NCBI GenBank assembly: GCA_977018835.1
Contig: OZ361256.1
Location: forward strand, 2,232,001 to 2,296,000
Reading direction: 5' to 3'
Length of the DNA stretch: 64,000 nt
DNA from: Minutocellus sp. GHC0000111
Taxonomy: Eukaryota
Shown: one piece after another, positions 1-11,853 of the stretch
How positions within the stretch are numbered: position 1 is the first letter of the stretch
Layout of the letters: every line of letters starts with the position of its first letter
The notes under the pieces: generated by a model
The model's database searches: none
The model's input: only the letters and a program-made list of their open reading frames with translations
What the model was told of the DNA's origin: nothing
Made by a program: the position numbers and the translations under genes

Positions 1-448
1 AAAGCTTGATTGTAGACAGCTGATATTTCAGTACTATTGCTCAAAAGGCGAGGGTGTGATATCGTGGAATGAATTGATTTGAGTATTGAAGTCAGTTCCC
101 TCCGCCGCTTGCTCGAGTTCGCTTCGACGCGGCAGGCGCACTACTGTACCAATTGGTAGTAGGCGCGGGACTGACGGCAAGATCCAAGAAAGGCGGAGAT
201 TACTTCAGTGAAACTAAATGGAAACCTAAAACCAACAGAATTGATGTCCTTTCACGAGTAAGAGACACGGATAGCGCTTTTTAAATTTCATTTCCCACAA
301 AAATCGCCTTTGTAGGAAAATTTGGCGCAAAGATCTCAAATCGTGCCAGCCTGCAGCTACTCGTAGCACATTCAAAGCGATACATGATCCACGGCAGAAG
401 CAAGAAGTCCTCATTGCGCATTTCATTGATAACATCTAGTCACCAAAT

Positions 449-1397
449 ATGGCATCAGATAGCGCAATCTGCTTTGGATTCTGCGCCTTTGTTGCCGTCC
501 TCCTCATCGTCATTCTCGTTCCGCTGAGTTTTTCCTACGTCGACTACTACGAATGATTATGGCCTCGCGCAAAGAACAACCACCGGATCTGTTGACACCA
601 GCCGGGTGTACACGAAAGGACGATACAGTCTCGGCCCGACCTACAAATTCCTCAAGTACAAGGCCGATGCGCACTTTTTGGAACTCAAACAACTGTCTGT
701 GTTCAGTTCTGGAGCCACCGAAGAAAGCATCGGTACCAGCTTCAAGCTGGACATCACACTCACTTATCTACTGCGAAAGGATGAGGTGGGCGACCTACAC
801 AGAGAATCGGCCTCGACGTACAGACAGGTGATCGAATCGAGAGCCAAGGAGGCAATTAAGAACGAGGCCATCTTCATCACATTCAATGAATACTTTACAG
901 AACGAGCCAAAGTCGAAAAGAGACTTCGAAATGCTGTGGTGAAGCGATGGAATGATAATCCAAACGTACATGCCAAGTTGGACCAATTCCTGCTTGGGCG
1001 TATTGCTATTCCCGAAGAAGTCGCAGAAAAGCAGCTCGAGGCTAAGATTCAAAATGAAAAGAATTCACGAGAGAACTTTCTCCAGCAAGCTAGGATCGAG
1101 CGGGAATTGACGTCAGTCGAAGTAAATAGTATCCTACTCGAGAGAGAAAAGCTATTGCGAACAGTCAACGCGGAGGCCAAGCTCACCACGGCCAAGGCTA
1201 CGGCGGAAAGCCAGAAGATTCTCGCTGATGCGGAGAAGGAAAGTGCGCTAAACTTGTTCACAGCGTCAGGAATTACAGAGCAAGAACACAAGATTGCATT
1301 TGCATACATTCGGACACTGATGGAACGTGGAAATGCAACTGAGCTCGATATCAGCTATCTCAGTCCTGACTCGGTGCTACGAACAAAGACTGTGTGA
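449..1397 (+). CDS. SPFH/Band-7 (prohibitin-like) membrane protein, frameshifted near 551-556
   Basis: ATG 449 gives MASDSAICFGFCAFVAVLLIVILVPLSFSYVDYYE then TGA (554-556). The +1 frame continues DYGLAQRTTTGSVDTSRVYTKGRY into the 606-1397 ORF, which has an SPFH-like core and coiled-coil tail (AEAKLTTAKATAE). Confidence 0.75.
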
Positions 1398-1578
1398 AAT
1401 TGAGATGTGGGGTAGAGTATTCGTCCTTGCATTTTTGCATTTCTCCTGTTAGGTTGGTAATAAACAGATGATACATGATACCGCACGCTGTATTAACGAT
1501 ATAATATAAGGAACAAATCGAATCTCAACAGCGTAGATTAGAAGATAAGACTACAGCAGAGATATCTCTCTAAATAAT

Positions 1579-2130
1579 TCAAATTTCGCCCCATAATCTA
1601 CGGTAATGAGCGGCGGCGACTGTTCCTTCTGGAAGAGTCACGGCGCCATGATTGTATAGCATCGCTTCTCTCCATTGAACGCTGCTTGTTACCGATAATG
1701 CTGAAACCTGCAAAAGAGCGGCGTTCACATCATTGTCAGCGTCATTGCTTCGGTGATGGTTATTGTTGACAGGTAGCTCAAAGGAAGCAAACAAACCCCA
1801 ACAGGACTCAAAGCAGAAACCCCAATTACCAGTCGGCGACCTTCGAACGACGTAGGTAGGGACGTCACGATTACCAACTGTGAGTCGGATGTATGCTCCT
1901 TCTGGACGGCTTGGCATGTCGATTGGGTCCGAAACAAAGCGCCAGCGAATTTCGATTTTTGGACGACGGCTGTCATGAATTCCTTCTGCCATACGATTTG
2001 ATGACTTGGTCACGTCGAGACCATCGGAGAAAGGAGAACAAAGAACGTATCCATTGCTTCGATCTTCATCTCGGATTCGGTCATCTTCACCAGCTGCCAC
2101 ATCAATGGAAGTATTGGTGTTGAAATCTTC
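1579..2130 (-). pseudogene. Detached C-terminal half of the F-box gene, with the native stop codon
   Basis: Encodes RWRF..GAYIRLTVGNRDVPTYVVRRSPTGNWGFCFESCWGLFASFELP..QWREAMLYN, the C-terminal region expected after the FSFRFKEAAG..WDP motif at 7980-8037. Its 5' side abuts the 164-bp repeat at 2131. Confidence 0.7.
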
Positions 2131-2294
2131 TGCGAACCAAGACATAGAGGGGAAATGGCAGGCTTTACATAATTTGGTGTTCCCTAGCTGCTGTGGCAGT
2201 GTGGTAACAACACGCGCGCGTCACTGGTTCGAGTCCAGTGTGTGTCACTTTTAGCAGGTAGCCTAGTGGTAAAAGCCTAGCCGGATTTCCGTCA
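2131..2294 (+). mobile_element. 164-bp tRNA-like (SINE-like) repeat, copy 1
   Basis: TGCGAACC...TTCCGTCA, also at 4951-5114 and 8426-8589. A-box-like TGGCAGTGTGG at 2194, T-arm/B-box CACTGG-TTCGAGT-CCAGTG at 2222-2240, TTTT at 2249, second A-box TAGCCTAGTGG at 2259. Confidence 0.6.
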
Positions 2295-2752
2295 ACATGT
2301 CTCTTGTGTCACTTTCTGACAGCGTCTCTGTCTTTCTCTTTTATTTCTCTGTGACGTAATTAAGAATTCAAATAATCTAAAGAAACTAAAACAAAATCAA
2401 CTAGTCAATGTGATTTTAGGTAGGCACCGAACGAAGTTTGCGGACACGAGAAAGAGGCCAAAATCTCGACTTTCTGTTTCTGCAGCTGCAAGAAATGTCA
2501 CTACAGGCCTTTGAACATAGGAGGAAAGAAAGTGACGCGAGGGGGGCCGTTCTCAAAGCAACCTCGCCGGTGTTGGCGGGGTGGCGGAAACGTCGGAAAA
2601 ACTATCTATTCCCGTCAAGAAGATCTAAGTCTCACACAGGGGCTTGCTCTTTACGGCATGATACGGCCCGGGCCAAGCATCTTGCCGAGAGTCAGAGGCG
2701 GCATGCACAAGCGGTGCCTCTAACCTCCATCAGATCTACCGGTACTGAGTGC

Positions 2753-2786
2753 ATAAATTACCGGTAATTTATTTATTTATTTATTG
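2753..2786. repeat. 20-bp perfect palindrome merging into a (TTTA)n tract
   Basis: ATAAATTACCGGTAATTTAT (2753-2772) followed by TTATTTATTTATT; duplicated at 9048-9081. Confidence 0.85.
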
Positions 2787-2871
2787 AACACTGCATGATG
2801 CGCATGTGTGAACATAAATTCTACGTAAACGTTGCTTTTAAAATCAGGCAGACTTGCAGACTGTCGTCTTG

Positions 2872-3139
2872 AAGGGATCGGCGACTGCTTTGATGAAGAA
2901 AATGAAGAGTACCGGTGCCAAGTGTTATCGCCTTGCTTCACGCCGACGGTGGAGGGTATCGTAAATCCCTTCCCGAATCCCTTGAGCTGCACGGTGATGT
3001 CATGTACAGCTGACGGAGGACGAAGATGATATCCTCTGGGCAACCACCTTGCCATGATCTTCCACAGTAGCTCACGATCAACGGTGTCATAAGCCTTGGC
3101 GAGATCGGCGAAGACAACGTAAGAGTCGGCCCCATGATG
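2872..3139 (-). mobile_element. Non-LTR retrotransposon (LINE) reverse-transcriptase relic, copy 1
   Basis: Frame-hopping translation DSYVVFADLAKAYDTVDRELLWKIM..CPEDIIFVLRQLY..TIPSTVGVKQGDN.LAPVLFIFFIKAV contains the RT motifs D-x-x-K-A-Y-D and G-V-x-Q-G. Confidence 0.85.
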
Positions 3140-3407
3140 GGAGTATTTTGCCTACCGGCACTACTATTATGTAGGGGTTGTACATATACATATCGTTGGT
3201 AGTCAAGATTTGACCGTTGGTCTCGCATCAACGATCACCTAACTTCTACTAATGGCATTCTTTGCTGATTTGTAATAATATATGCAATGCGTATACTATC
3301 TATTCAGAGAGGCGTAGAGATCTACTTCTTCTTCTCTTCCAACCACCTGATTAGATCTACATATCATAGCGTTTAGATCAAATTGTAGTGCACATAAGTT
3401 GTAGTTT

Positions 3408-3865
3408 CTAACCCCAATCCTCTTCATGATCGCGATCGTTGACATCCTCTTCTCCTTCCGGGGCTCCTTCAACATCAGCTCCAGGAACCTCTTCATCGCC
3501 TCCATACTGGTAATCCTCCATTTCACCTGCTCCCTCTTGATCTACATACACAATATCGTCACCCTCAGAGCCCTCATCCTCATCTGCCGCAATAGCAGCG
3601 ACTGCACTCGAAGCCACCAATGGGTGGGCCTCATTGTTATCATCGGAATGCGAGCTTCCCATGGGATCATTAATTTCGCCATCAGCCACCATCCCAATTG
3701 GAGCCTCCACATCGCCCTCGACCACATTGCCCTCCTCGTCCCTCCTTTTTTTAATCGAATAGGTTGTAGCTCCGACTACAATGAGGATGAAAATGGACAC
3801 AGGGACGGTGACTGCGGCAATGCAGCCGGCGTCACAGGAAGAGCTGGAAGTAGACACGTCATCTC
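3408..3865 (-). pseudogene. Duplicated 3' fragment (TM plus acidic tail) of the 9703-11853 gene
   Basis: Identical to the last ~150 codons of the 716-aa ORF; breaks at 3865. Confidence 0.9.
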
Positions 3866-4197
3866 TGTTGGGGTTTGTTTGCTTCCTTTGAGCTACCTGT
3901 CAACAATAACCATCACCGAAGCAATGACGCTGACAATGATGTGAACGCCGCTCTTTTGCAGGATTCAGCATTATCGGTAACAACAGGACTCAAAGCAGAA
4001 ACCCCAATTACCAGTCGGCGACCTTCGAACGACGTAGGTAGGGACGTCACGATTACCAACTGTGAGTCGGATGTATGCTCCTTCTGGACGGCTTGGCATG
4101 TCGATTGGGTCCGAAACAAAGCGCCAGCGAATTTCGATTTTTGGACGAAGGCTGTCATGAATTCCTTCTGCCATACGATTTGATGACTTGGTCACGT
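3865..4197. repeat. Third, internally inverted copy of F-box 3' sequence
   Basis: 3865-3983 is the reverse complement of 1686-1804 (1 mismatch); 3981-4197 is a direct copy of 1799-2015 (1 mismatch). Confidence 0.92.
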
Positions 4198-4950
4198 GTG
4201 CCCCCCGCCTGAAAGACATCCTGCAGCAGGCCTCATCCGCCATTAATCTTCATGCAATTGCACCACTCGTTTCTTCTTGGTGGGTGGCTCGTCCTTGTCG
4301 TCGTCGGAAGAGGACGACTCGTCCGAGGATGACTCGTCGAAGTGCCACGGCATGCGCTCTCAGCGTTGGCCAGGGCAGGCGCTCGATGGTGTTGGGGAAG
4401 CAAAAACGGCTTGATCGGTTCGCCATGGTTGATTGCTTCCGCAATCTGAATTTTGCGTGTGTCCGCTCCATGGTGGAGAGGTGTCTCGCCGGGACCGAAA
4501 AAGTCAAAACGCAATGCGCAAGTCTCGTGCTGTGCGCATCGATGGCCTGGTTGTGTGCGCGGTTGAAGTCGTCAGTGCCCGTCCACTCGCTTTGAGACTC
4601 GACCAAAACATTTCCATCACCCTGGTCGGCAACGAAGGATGTTTTCACTAAGTCCTCCAGCGAAGACTGCGTTGGTTTTGCCTTTGTTGATTTCATGGGC
4701 GGCGGTTGACAAACGCGGGGTCAAGACACGGCGGAATGAGGGATTGGGGTTGGGGAGAGGACGCTTTCCCTCCTTTCTTGCAGCGTCTTCTCTTCTTCTG
4801 TTTGCCGATGGAAGGAGACACATGGGATCCGACACTAGGAGGGGAGGGGAGTTGGCGAGCTTTCTTTGACGATTTCGACTTCGGCTTCCGACTGCGACTG
4901 CGCTTCTTCTCGGAGGAGCCGCTTGCCTGGTGATGGGATTCGGGTTCAGG

Positions 4951-5114
4951 TGCGAACCAAGACATAGAGGGGAAATGGCAGGCTTTACATAATTTGGTGT
5001 TCCCTAGCTGCTGTGGCAGTGTGGCAACAACACGCGCGTGTCACTGGTTCGAGTCCAGTGTGTGTCACTTTTAGCAGGTAGCCTAGTGGTAAAAGCCTAG
5101 CCGGATTTCCGTCA
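4951..5114 (+). mobile_element. 164-bp tRNA-like repeat, copy 2
   Basis: Same as 2131-2294 with two C/T differences and different flanks on both sides. Confidence 0.6.
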
Positions 5115-6038
5115 CCTGGGCATGGCACAGGGCAATGTCTCGCACAAGCCTTTCCGACTCGGCGTCGGCCTCGGCCTCGGCCACGGCGTCCAGATCGGTG
5201 GCATGACAATCGCGACGACGAGCGGCATCGGCAGTGAGAGACAAGCTGCGGGCACAGGGTGTTGAACATTCGCTCATTTTTGTTCGATGATTGATTGGCA
5301 TGCGTGCCATGCGGCGAGGCTTGGCACAAGCTAGCATGCACATGCTAGTGCAGGCCGGTGCAGACGACAAGGTGGAGCGGTGGGATGGGGGCCGTCATGA
5401 GGGCAAGAAACGGACGGCCAGAAAGACTGGTGACAAAAAGGAGGTAGCGCGGGTTTTCCGCGTTTCTGAGTTTATTTAGCAAATTTTGCTTCAGAAACCA
5501 AAGCAAAGGTCAGAAAGTCGGTAGCTTTTATAAAATGAATATTTTTATGTTTCAACGTCATTAGTCAGTTGTGTCAGAATTTTTGGGAGTTCGTTACATT
5601 TTACTGCACTGTAAGTAGCCCCGTCATTAGGAACATTCCCTTCGTTCTCGATCTCGCACAACGAGGGCAAAAGTGGCAATAAAAAGGCAGGGCAGGCCGC
5701 CACACACCACCAAAGTGCTCACCCATTCGGCCCGCAAGAAAGGAGCCGCCACCATCACACATTGCCCACGGCACCAAAAGGCAACCCTTGCGAGTAATAG
5801 ACAAGGTACAGCTATCATCGCGCCGCTTTTTTCCACCTTCCTCGGTCGCAGGATTTTGGGTCGACCTTTCTTCCTTGTTCCACCCCGCCAAAGTAGGGCC
5901 CTGTGCGGCACTCAAAAAATCATCATCAGCCCCACGCATACACACATATTCTTCGATAGCCTACTTTCTTGGCCTGAATTGATCCCATTATCAATCCTCT
6001 GACCATTTGCGCAACCTCAACATCATTGCAGACCAGTC

Positions 6039-8037
6039 ATGGAGCAGCCCACTTCGTTCTCCTCTACTACTCCCGGCACAACTCATGCGTCACAAAGAGA
6101 TGCTGGAGATGCAAAGTTGCCCACCAACATTCCACGCCGAAACCAAGAAAGCAGCCTTTCCGATTCCCCGTCGGTCATGTCGTCGTGTCTTTCCGAAGCG
6201 GTGGCAGAGGGAGACGAGAACGCGAGCTTCTGCGATCCCTTCTCGGACGACGAGGAAGATCTCGAGCGCCCCTCGGAATCTTTGCGAAGCGCTGGCGAGG
6301 CGATCGGCGCAGCGATATCAGTTGACAGCGTGCTGGCAAGAAATGCTACAGGGGCTTTTGCTGCAATTAGGCCTCATACGTCGGCGATCGACAGTGCCGC
6401 CTCGGCCACAAACATGAACACGGCTTCCTTGGCGCCATCTGTCGGCATTGCCACAAGAATATGTGGACTTGTTTCCATTGCCGATGCTTCGTCTCTTTCA
6501 GCATCGGCTGCTTCTGGCGTCGTCCAAGGACGTGGATATACTGCTCGTCCTTCTGCGGCCCATAATCGCAACTTCAAGGATATTTCATCGCGATCCCAGG
6601 CATCAGAGCCACAGAGGAGAGAACGTCACGTCGGACACTCTGGTGATCATGGCTGCTATTGCTGCAACTACACAGGAGTACGGACAAGCCGCGTGGACGG
6701 AGGCGAATCTTATGACTACGATTGTATCTGCCAACATTCCTGCTCCTCCTCGATCTCCTCCCTTGGGTCACCAGATCTCGACAATCTGGATGACGATGAT
6801 TCCATCTGCCGCAATCTTAGCACGACGGGCACGAGAAAGGATCTAAAGCAAAAAGCAGAAGCTTCAACCGGTCGCAGTGACGATCGGCAGGAAGATTTTC
6901 ATCGACAGCTAATGACAGTATTCGAGAATCATCGGCAGAACGACGGAGGTTCTACGAATGTGCAAGAACGCGTTATGATGACAAATTGTGGAGCTAATAA
7001 TGATGAGTGCGCTGGCTATGATGCCAGCGATGACGATGATAATGATGACGACACCCTACCCACCATCGAAATGCAGTATGTGAAGATGACTGAAGCAAAT
7101 GCGCACCAATTGTCGACCTTTGCCGCCGCCGTCAAGCAATATCAACCAACACGTTCGGCTACAGGTAGCATCGCTGGCCCTTCAAGCTTCCTTCAACATC
7201 CAAGAAACTCCATCCCATCCGTTGTTCAAGTTCAGCTGCCGGCTCCACTCGCTACGAGGCCCACCCTCTCCGATCTAAGCCGTGCTGCTGGGGCCATCTG
7301 TAGCAGTTATGACCACAACGATCCTTCCACGCACCTCTCGAAGTTGACTGCCATGTCTACCAGGCAGATGGTAAAAAGGGCCGCTGAGCATCGTACCAAG
7401 ATTATGGTTGCACTGAAGACGCCGAAACGTCCCGATCGGCTTACAACATCGTTCATGCCCGACGAGGTAGTAACACGAGCAACATCCTTCCTTGACGTCC
7501 AATCACTTTTGCAACTACGAGTGACCTGTAGAGTGATGAGAGACCTGGCAAGTCGAGACGAAGCTGGCTGGTATGAGGGCTGTCGCCGTCTGTGGAAGAC
7601 CAAGGTCAATATATGCCAAGAGGCTCTGGATATGTTTGAGTCCAACGGAGTACGTCAGATGAGAAAGAAGAGGCGCAGAAAGCTGAACAAGTCCCCCGTC
7701 CGATCGTCTTCGTCAAGCCGATCAAGCTCCGTCGCCCGTCAGTCCTATGGCGCCATGGGCGCCTACCGTGTAAGCTGAACAGATGCCAAGGAGAGAGACA
7801 CAATCACTGTTGAAGAATTGTGTTATGATGGTAAAACATCATGCCCGCCGTCATCATCTTCTTCGGCCAAAACTGCCAACACTGTTTCACGGAAGCGTCT
7901 CTTCGTGGAGGAAACTTCTCGGCATGCACACGGGGAGGATCAAAAAATCAATCCCCACTCCGGTCATTCCTTCCATGGGCCAGTCTTTAGCTTTCGTTTC
8001 AAAGAGGCGGCTGGCGCTGATTGGACAGCGTGGGATC
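6039..8037 (+). pseudogene. F-box protein, N-terminal part (in-frame TGA at 7776, truncated at 8037)
   Basis: F-box motif MPDEVVTRATSFLDVQSLLQLRVTCRVMR..W. The frame continues past TGA 7776-7778 (AYRVS*TDAKERDTITVEELC..GPVFSFRFKEAAGADWTAWDP) and then meets the repeat junction. Confidence 0.8.
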
Positions 8038-10160
8038 CATTGCTTCGGTGATGGTTATTGTTGACAGGTAGCTCAAAGGAAGCAAACAAACCCCAACAGG
8101 ACTCAAAGCAGAAACCCCAATTACCAGTCGGCGACCTTCGAACGACGTAGGTAGGGACGTCACGATTACCAACTGTGAGTCGGATGTATGCTCCTTCTGG
8201 ACGGCTTGGCATGTCGATTGGGTCCGAAACAAAGCGCCAGCGAATTTCGATTTTTGGACGACGGCTGTCATGAATTCCTTCTGCCATACGATTTGATGAC
8301 TTGGTCACGTCGAGACCATCGGAGAAAGGAGAACAAAGAACGTATCCATTGCTTCGATCTTCATCTCGGATTCGGTCATCTTCACCAGCTGCCACATCAA
8401 TGGAAGTATTGGTGTTGAAATCTTCTGCGAACCAAGACATAGAGGGGAAATGGCAGGCTTTACATAATTTGGTGTTCCCTAGCTGCTGTGGCAGTGTGGT
8501 AACAACACGCGCGCGTCACTGGTTCGAGTCCAGTGTGTGTCACTTTTAGCAGGTAGCCTAGTGGTAAAAGCCTAGCCGGATTTCCGTCAACATGTCTCTT
8601 GTGTCACTTTCTGACAGCGTCTCTGTCTTTCTCTTTTATTTCTCTGTGACGTAATTAAGAATTCAAATAATCTAAAGAAACTAAAACAAAATCAACTAGT
8701 CAATGTGATTTTAGGTAGGCACCGAACGAAGTTTGCGGACACGAGAAAGAGGCCAAAATCTCGACTTTCTGTTTCTGCAGCTGCAAGAAATGTCACTACA
8801 GGCCTTTGAACATAGGAGGAAAGAAAGTGACGCGAGGGGGGCCGTTCTCAAAGCAACCTCGCCGGTGTTGGCGGGGTGGCGGAAACGTCGGAAAAACTAT
8901 CTATTCCCGTCAAGAAGATCTAAGTCTCACACAGGGGCTTGCTCTTTACGGCATGATACGGCCCGGGCCAAGCATCTTGCCGAGAGTCAGAGGCGGCATG
9001 CACAAGCGGTGCCTCTAACCTCCATCAGATCTACCGGTACTGAGTGCATAAATTACCGGTAATTTATTTATTTATTTATTGAACACTGCATGATGCGCAT
9101 GTGTGAACATAAATTCTACGTAAACGTTGCTTTTAAAATCAGGCAGACTTGCAGACTGTCGTCTTGAAGGGATCGGCGACTGCTTTGATGAAGAAAATGA
9201 AGAGTACCGGTGCCAAGTGTTATCGCCTTGCTTCACGCCGACGGTGGAGGGTATCGTAAATCCCTTCCCGAATCCCTTGAGCTGCACGGTGATGTCATGT
9301 ACAGCTGACGGAGGACGAAGATGATATCCTCTGGGCAACCACCTTGCCATGATCTTCCACAGTAGCTCACGATCAACGGTGTCATAAGCCTTGGCGAGAT
9401 CGGCGAAGACAACGTAAGAGTCGGCCCCATGATGGGAGTATTTTGCCTACCGGCACTACTATTATGTAGGGGTTGTACATATACATATCGTTGGTAGTCA
9501 AGATTTGACCGTTGGTCTCGCATCAACGATCACCTAACTTCTACTAATGGCATTCTTTGCTGATTTGTAATAATATATGCAATGCGTATACTATCTATTC
9601 AGAGAGGCGTAGAGATCTACTTCTTCTTCTCTTCCAACCACCTGATTAGATCTACATATCATAGCGTTTAGATCAAATTGTAGTGCACATAAGTTGTAGT
9701 TTCTAACCCCAATCCTCTTCATGATCGCGATCGTTGACATCCTCTTCTCCTTCCGGGGCTCCTTCAACATCAGCTCCAGGAACCTCTTCATCGCCTCCAT
9801 ACTGGTAATCCTCCATTTCACCTGCTCCCTCTTGATCTACATACACAATATCGTCACCCTCAGAGCCCTCATCCTCATCTGCCGCAATAGCAGCGACTGC
9901 ACTCGAAGCCACCAATGGGTGGGCCTCATTGTTATCATCGGAATGCGAGCTTCCCATGGGATCATTAATTTCGCCATCAGCCACCATCCCAATTGGAGCC
10001 TCCACATCGCCCTCGACCACATTGCCCTCCTCGTCCCTCCTTTTTTTAATCGAATAGGTTGTAGCTCCGACTACAATGAGGATGAAAATGGACACAGGGA
10101 CGGTGACTGCGGCAATGCAGCCGGCGTCACAGGAAGAGCTGGAAGTAGACACGTCATCTC
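8038..10160 (+). repeat. 2123-bp direct repeat, copy 2 (includes 164-bp element 8426-8589 and RT relic 9167-9434)
   Basis: Matches 1743-3865; right end is continuous with the intact 716-aa gene. Confidence 0.97.
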
Positions 10161-11191
10161 CTTCACTAGACTTGCCATCGCCGTCGCCCGGATCATTGGG
10201 CATCGCAGAGCTGTCACTATCAGTCGTCTCCTCGCCACCATCTCCTTCGCCGTCTACATCGCCGTCTCCTTCTCCACCACTTCCGGGAGTAATTTCATCA
10301 TTGAGCAAGCTATCACAAATCCCTCCAGCATTGAGATTACAATACGAGCTGGCACAAATGTCATCTAGCACTACGGTCACAGTGGCTTCTGGTGATGACG
10401 ATGACATGAGAACGCAAGGCGAACCATCCGGCTGCCCAGTACAGATGCCGCGTTCTTCTTTCCCAGTTTCGCAGCACACACTTTCCGCCCCTGCAGAGAG
10501 CGAGGCTTTTCCGCAAGTTCCATTCAAACAATCATAGGGTGAGTCACAGCTCTCCCCACCCCGTTTGGGTCTCGAACAGACATTGTTGACGCAGACATTG
10601 GTATCACAATCTCGATCCATCTCACATGCCGAGCCATTTGATCCGGGCATGGTCCCGCCAGTACTCTCGCCAGGATCAACGGACTCGCCACCACCACCGT
10701 CAGGTTCAGATGAGCCACCACTGTCATCAGAACTCTTGCAAATACCGTCGGTTCCGCACACTTTGCTATTGCAGTCATTATTCCTCACACATTCCTCACC
10801 CACGCCAGCACCAGATGTCGTATCCTCGTTAGTGCCAGAACCTCCCCCGCCACCATCTCCATTGCCAGTAGAGCTAGTATTATCATCACCATTGCCATTG
10901 GGATCTCTCGGATTACTCGATGCGTCGTAAGGATCTGATCCTTTCAATATCTCTTCGGCATCGGTATAACCATCACCGTCAGAATCTTTGAGAAGGTCGG
11001 TATTGGTACCACCTGAATCTTGCTGATCTTGCTGCTGAGCACCAGTTTCCTCCTTGCCATCGTTACCGCCACCTTTGTCCTTCTGTTCATCTCGCTGATC
11101 GTCCTTGCTATTGCCATTACTAGCACCAGCGTCGTATGGATCCTTGACCTTGTCCTTCTGTTTATCTCGCTGCTTGTCCTTGGCGTCATCG

Positions 11192-11226
<35 letters not shown>

Positions 11227-11853
11227 GCCCTTCCTCTTTGATCTTGACGAATCCATCGAAATTACCAACTTAAACCGTCCATGTTTGTTGATTTTGATGA
11301 GGTCCTTGGCCACGAGCCTCTCGATCGCCTGTCGGAACGTATCCCTATCGTCTTCGTCGCCCTTGTTGGGAATGTCGAGCCGATCGAAGAGCCTGTCCCG
11401 CAGTTCTTTCGGGTACAGCCCCTTGGATTTGTCGCTGCCGCCGGTGACGTGCCGCCGCTCTTTCATAATGACCATGATGCCTTTGGCCATGGTTGATATA
11501 CCAATGTCGGCGGACGATGACCCTCCATCATCATCTTTCTTGTTCTTCTTCTTGTTATCGTTGTCGCTGCTACTGCTGTCCCCACCACCGCCATATGGAT
11601 CGCTTCGATTCTTGTGCTTTCTCGTTCTACCCTCGGCGATGAGAACGTCGTGCTGAAATTCTTCAAAGAGACCACCGCCATCGTTCGTCCCTTGCGTGAT
11701 CCGATTGGCACGATCTACTTTCAGTAGAGCAAGATTTCGATCTGCACCATCAGCGGAAGCAGCCGAAACAGGATTGCTACTTTCGACCAGGATGACCTGC
11801 AAGACGCCGATGCAGGTCACAAGCAAGAGGCCAAAGTGGCGAGGATGCGCCAT
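9703..11853 (-). CDS. Type I membrane protein: signal peptide, winged-helix-like domain, Asp/Lys-rich tracts, TSP3-like repeat, Cys-rich (Dickkopf-like) repeats, TM, acidic tail
   Basis: 716-aa ORF; hydrophobic N-terminus; DSDGDGYTDAEE..GSDP; CxxxxDCxSxxC repeats; TM IAAVTVPVSIFILIVVGATTY. Confidence 0.8.

Larger units (their letters stand above)
1743..3865 (+). repeat. 2123-bp direct repeat, copy 1
   Basis: Matches 8038-10160 at a constant offset of 6295; the ORF translations inside the two copies are identical. Confidence 0.97.

Noticed and set aside
2185..2294. Functional or permuted tRNA gene
   Set aside because: The T-arm is perfect but no complete acceptor stem or anticodon arm could be paired; treated as a tRNA-like repeat.
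2131..5114. Intact LTR retrotransposon bounded by two 164-bp copies
   Set aside because: No TSD, no convincing PBS or PPT, no gag/integrase; the RT fragment is non-LTR type and in the opposite orientation.
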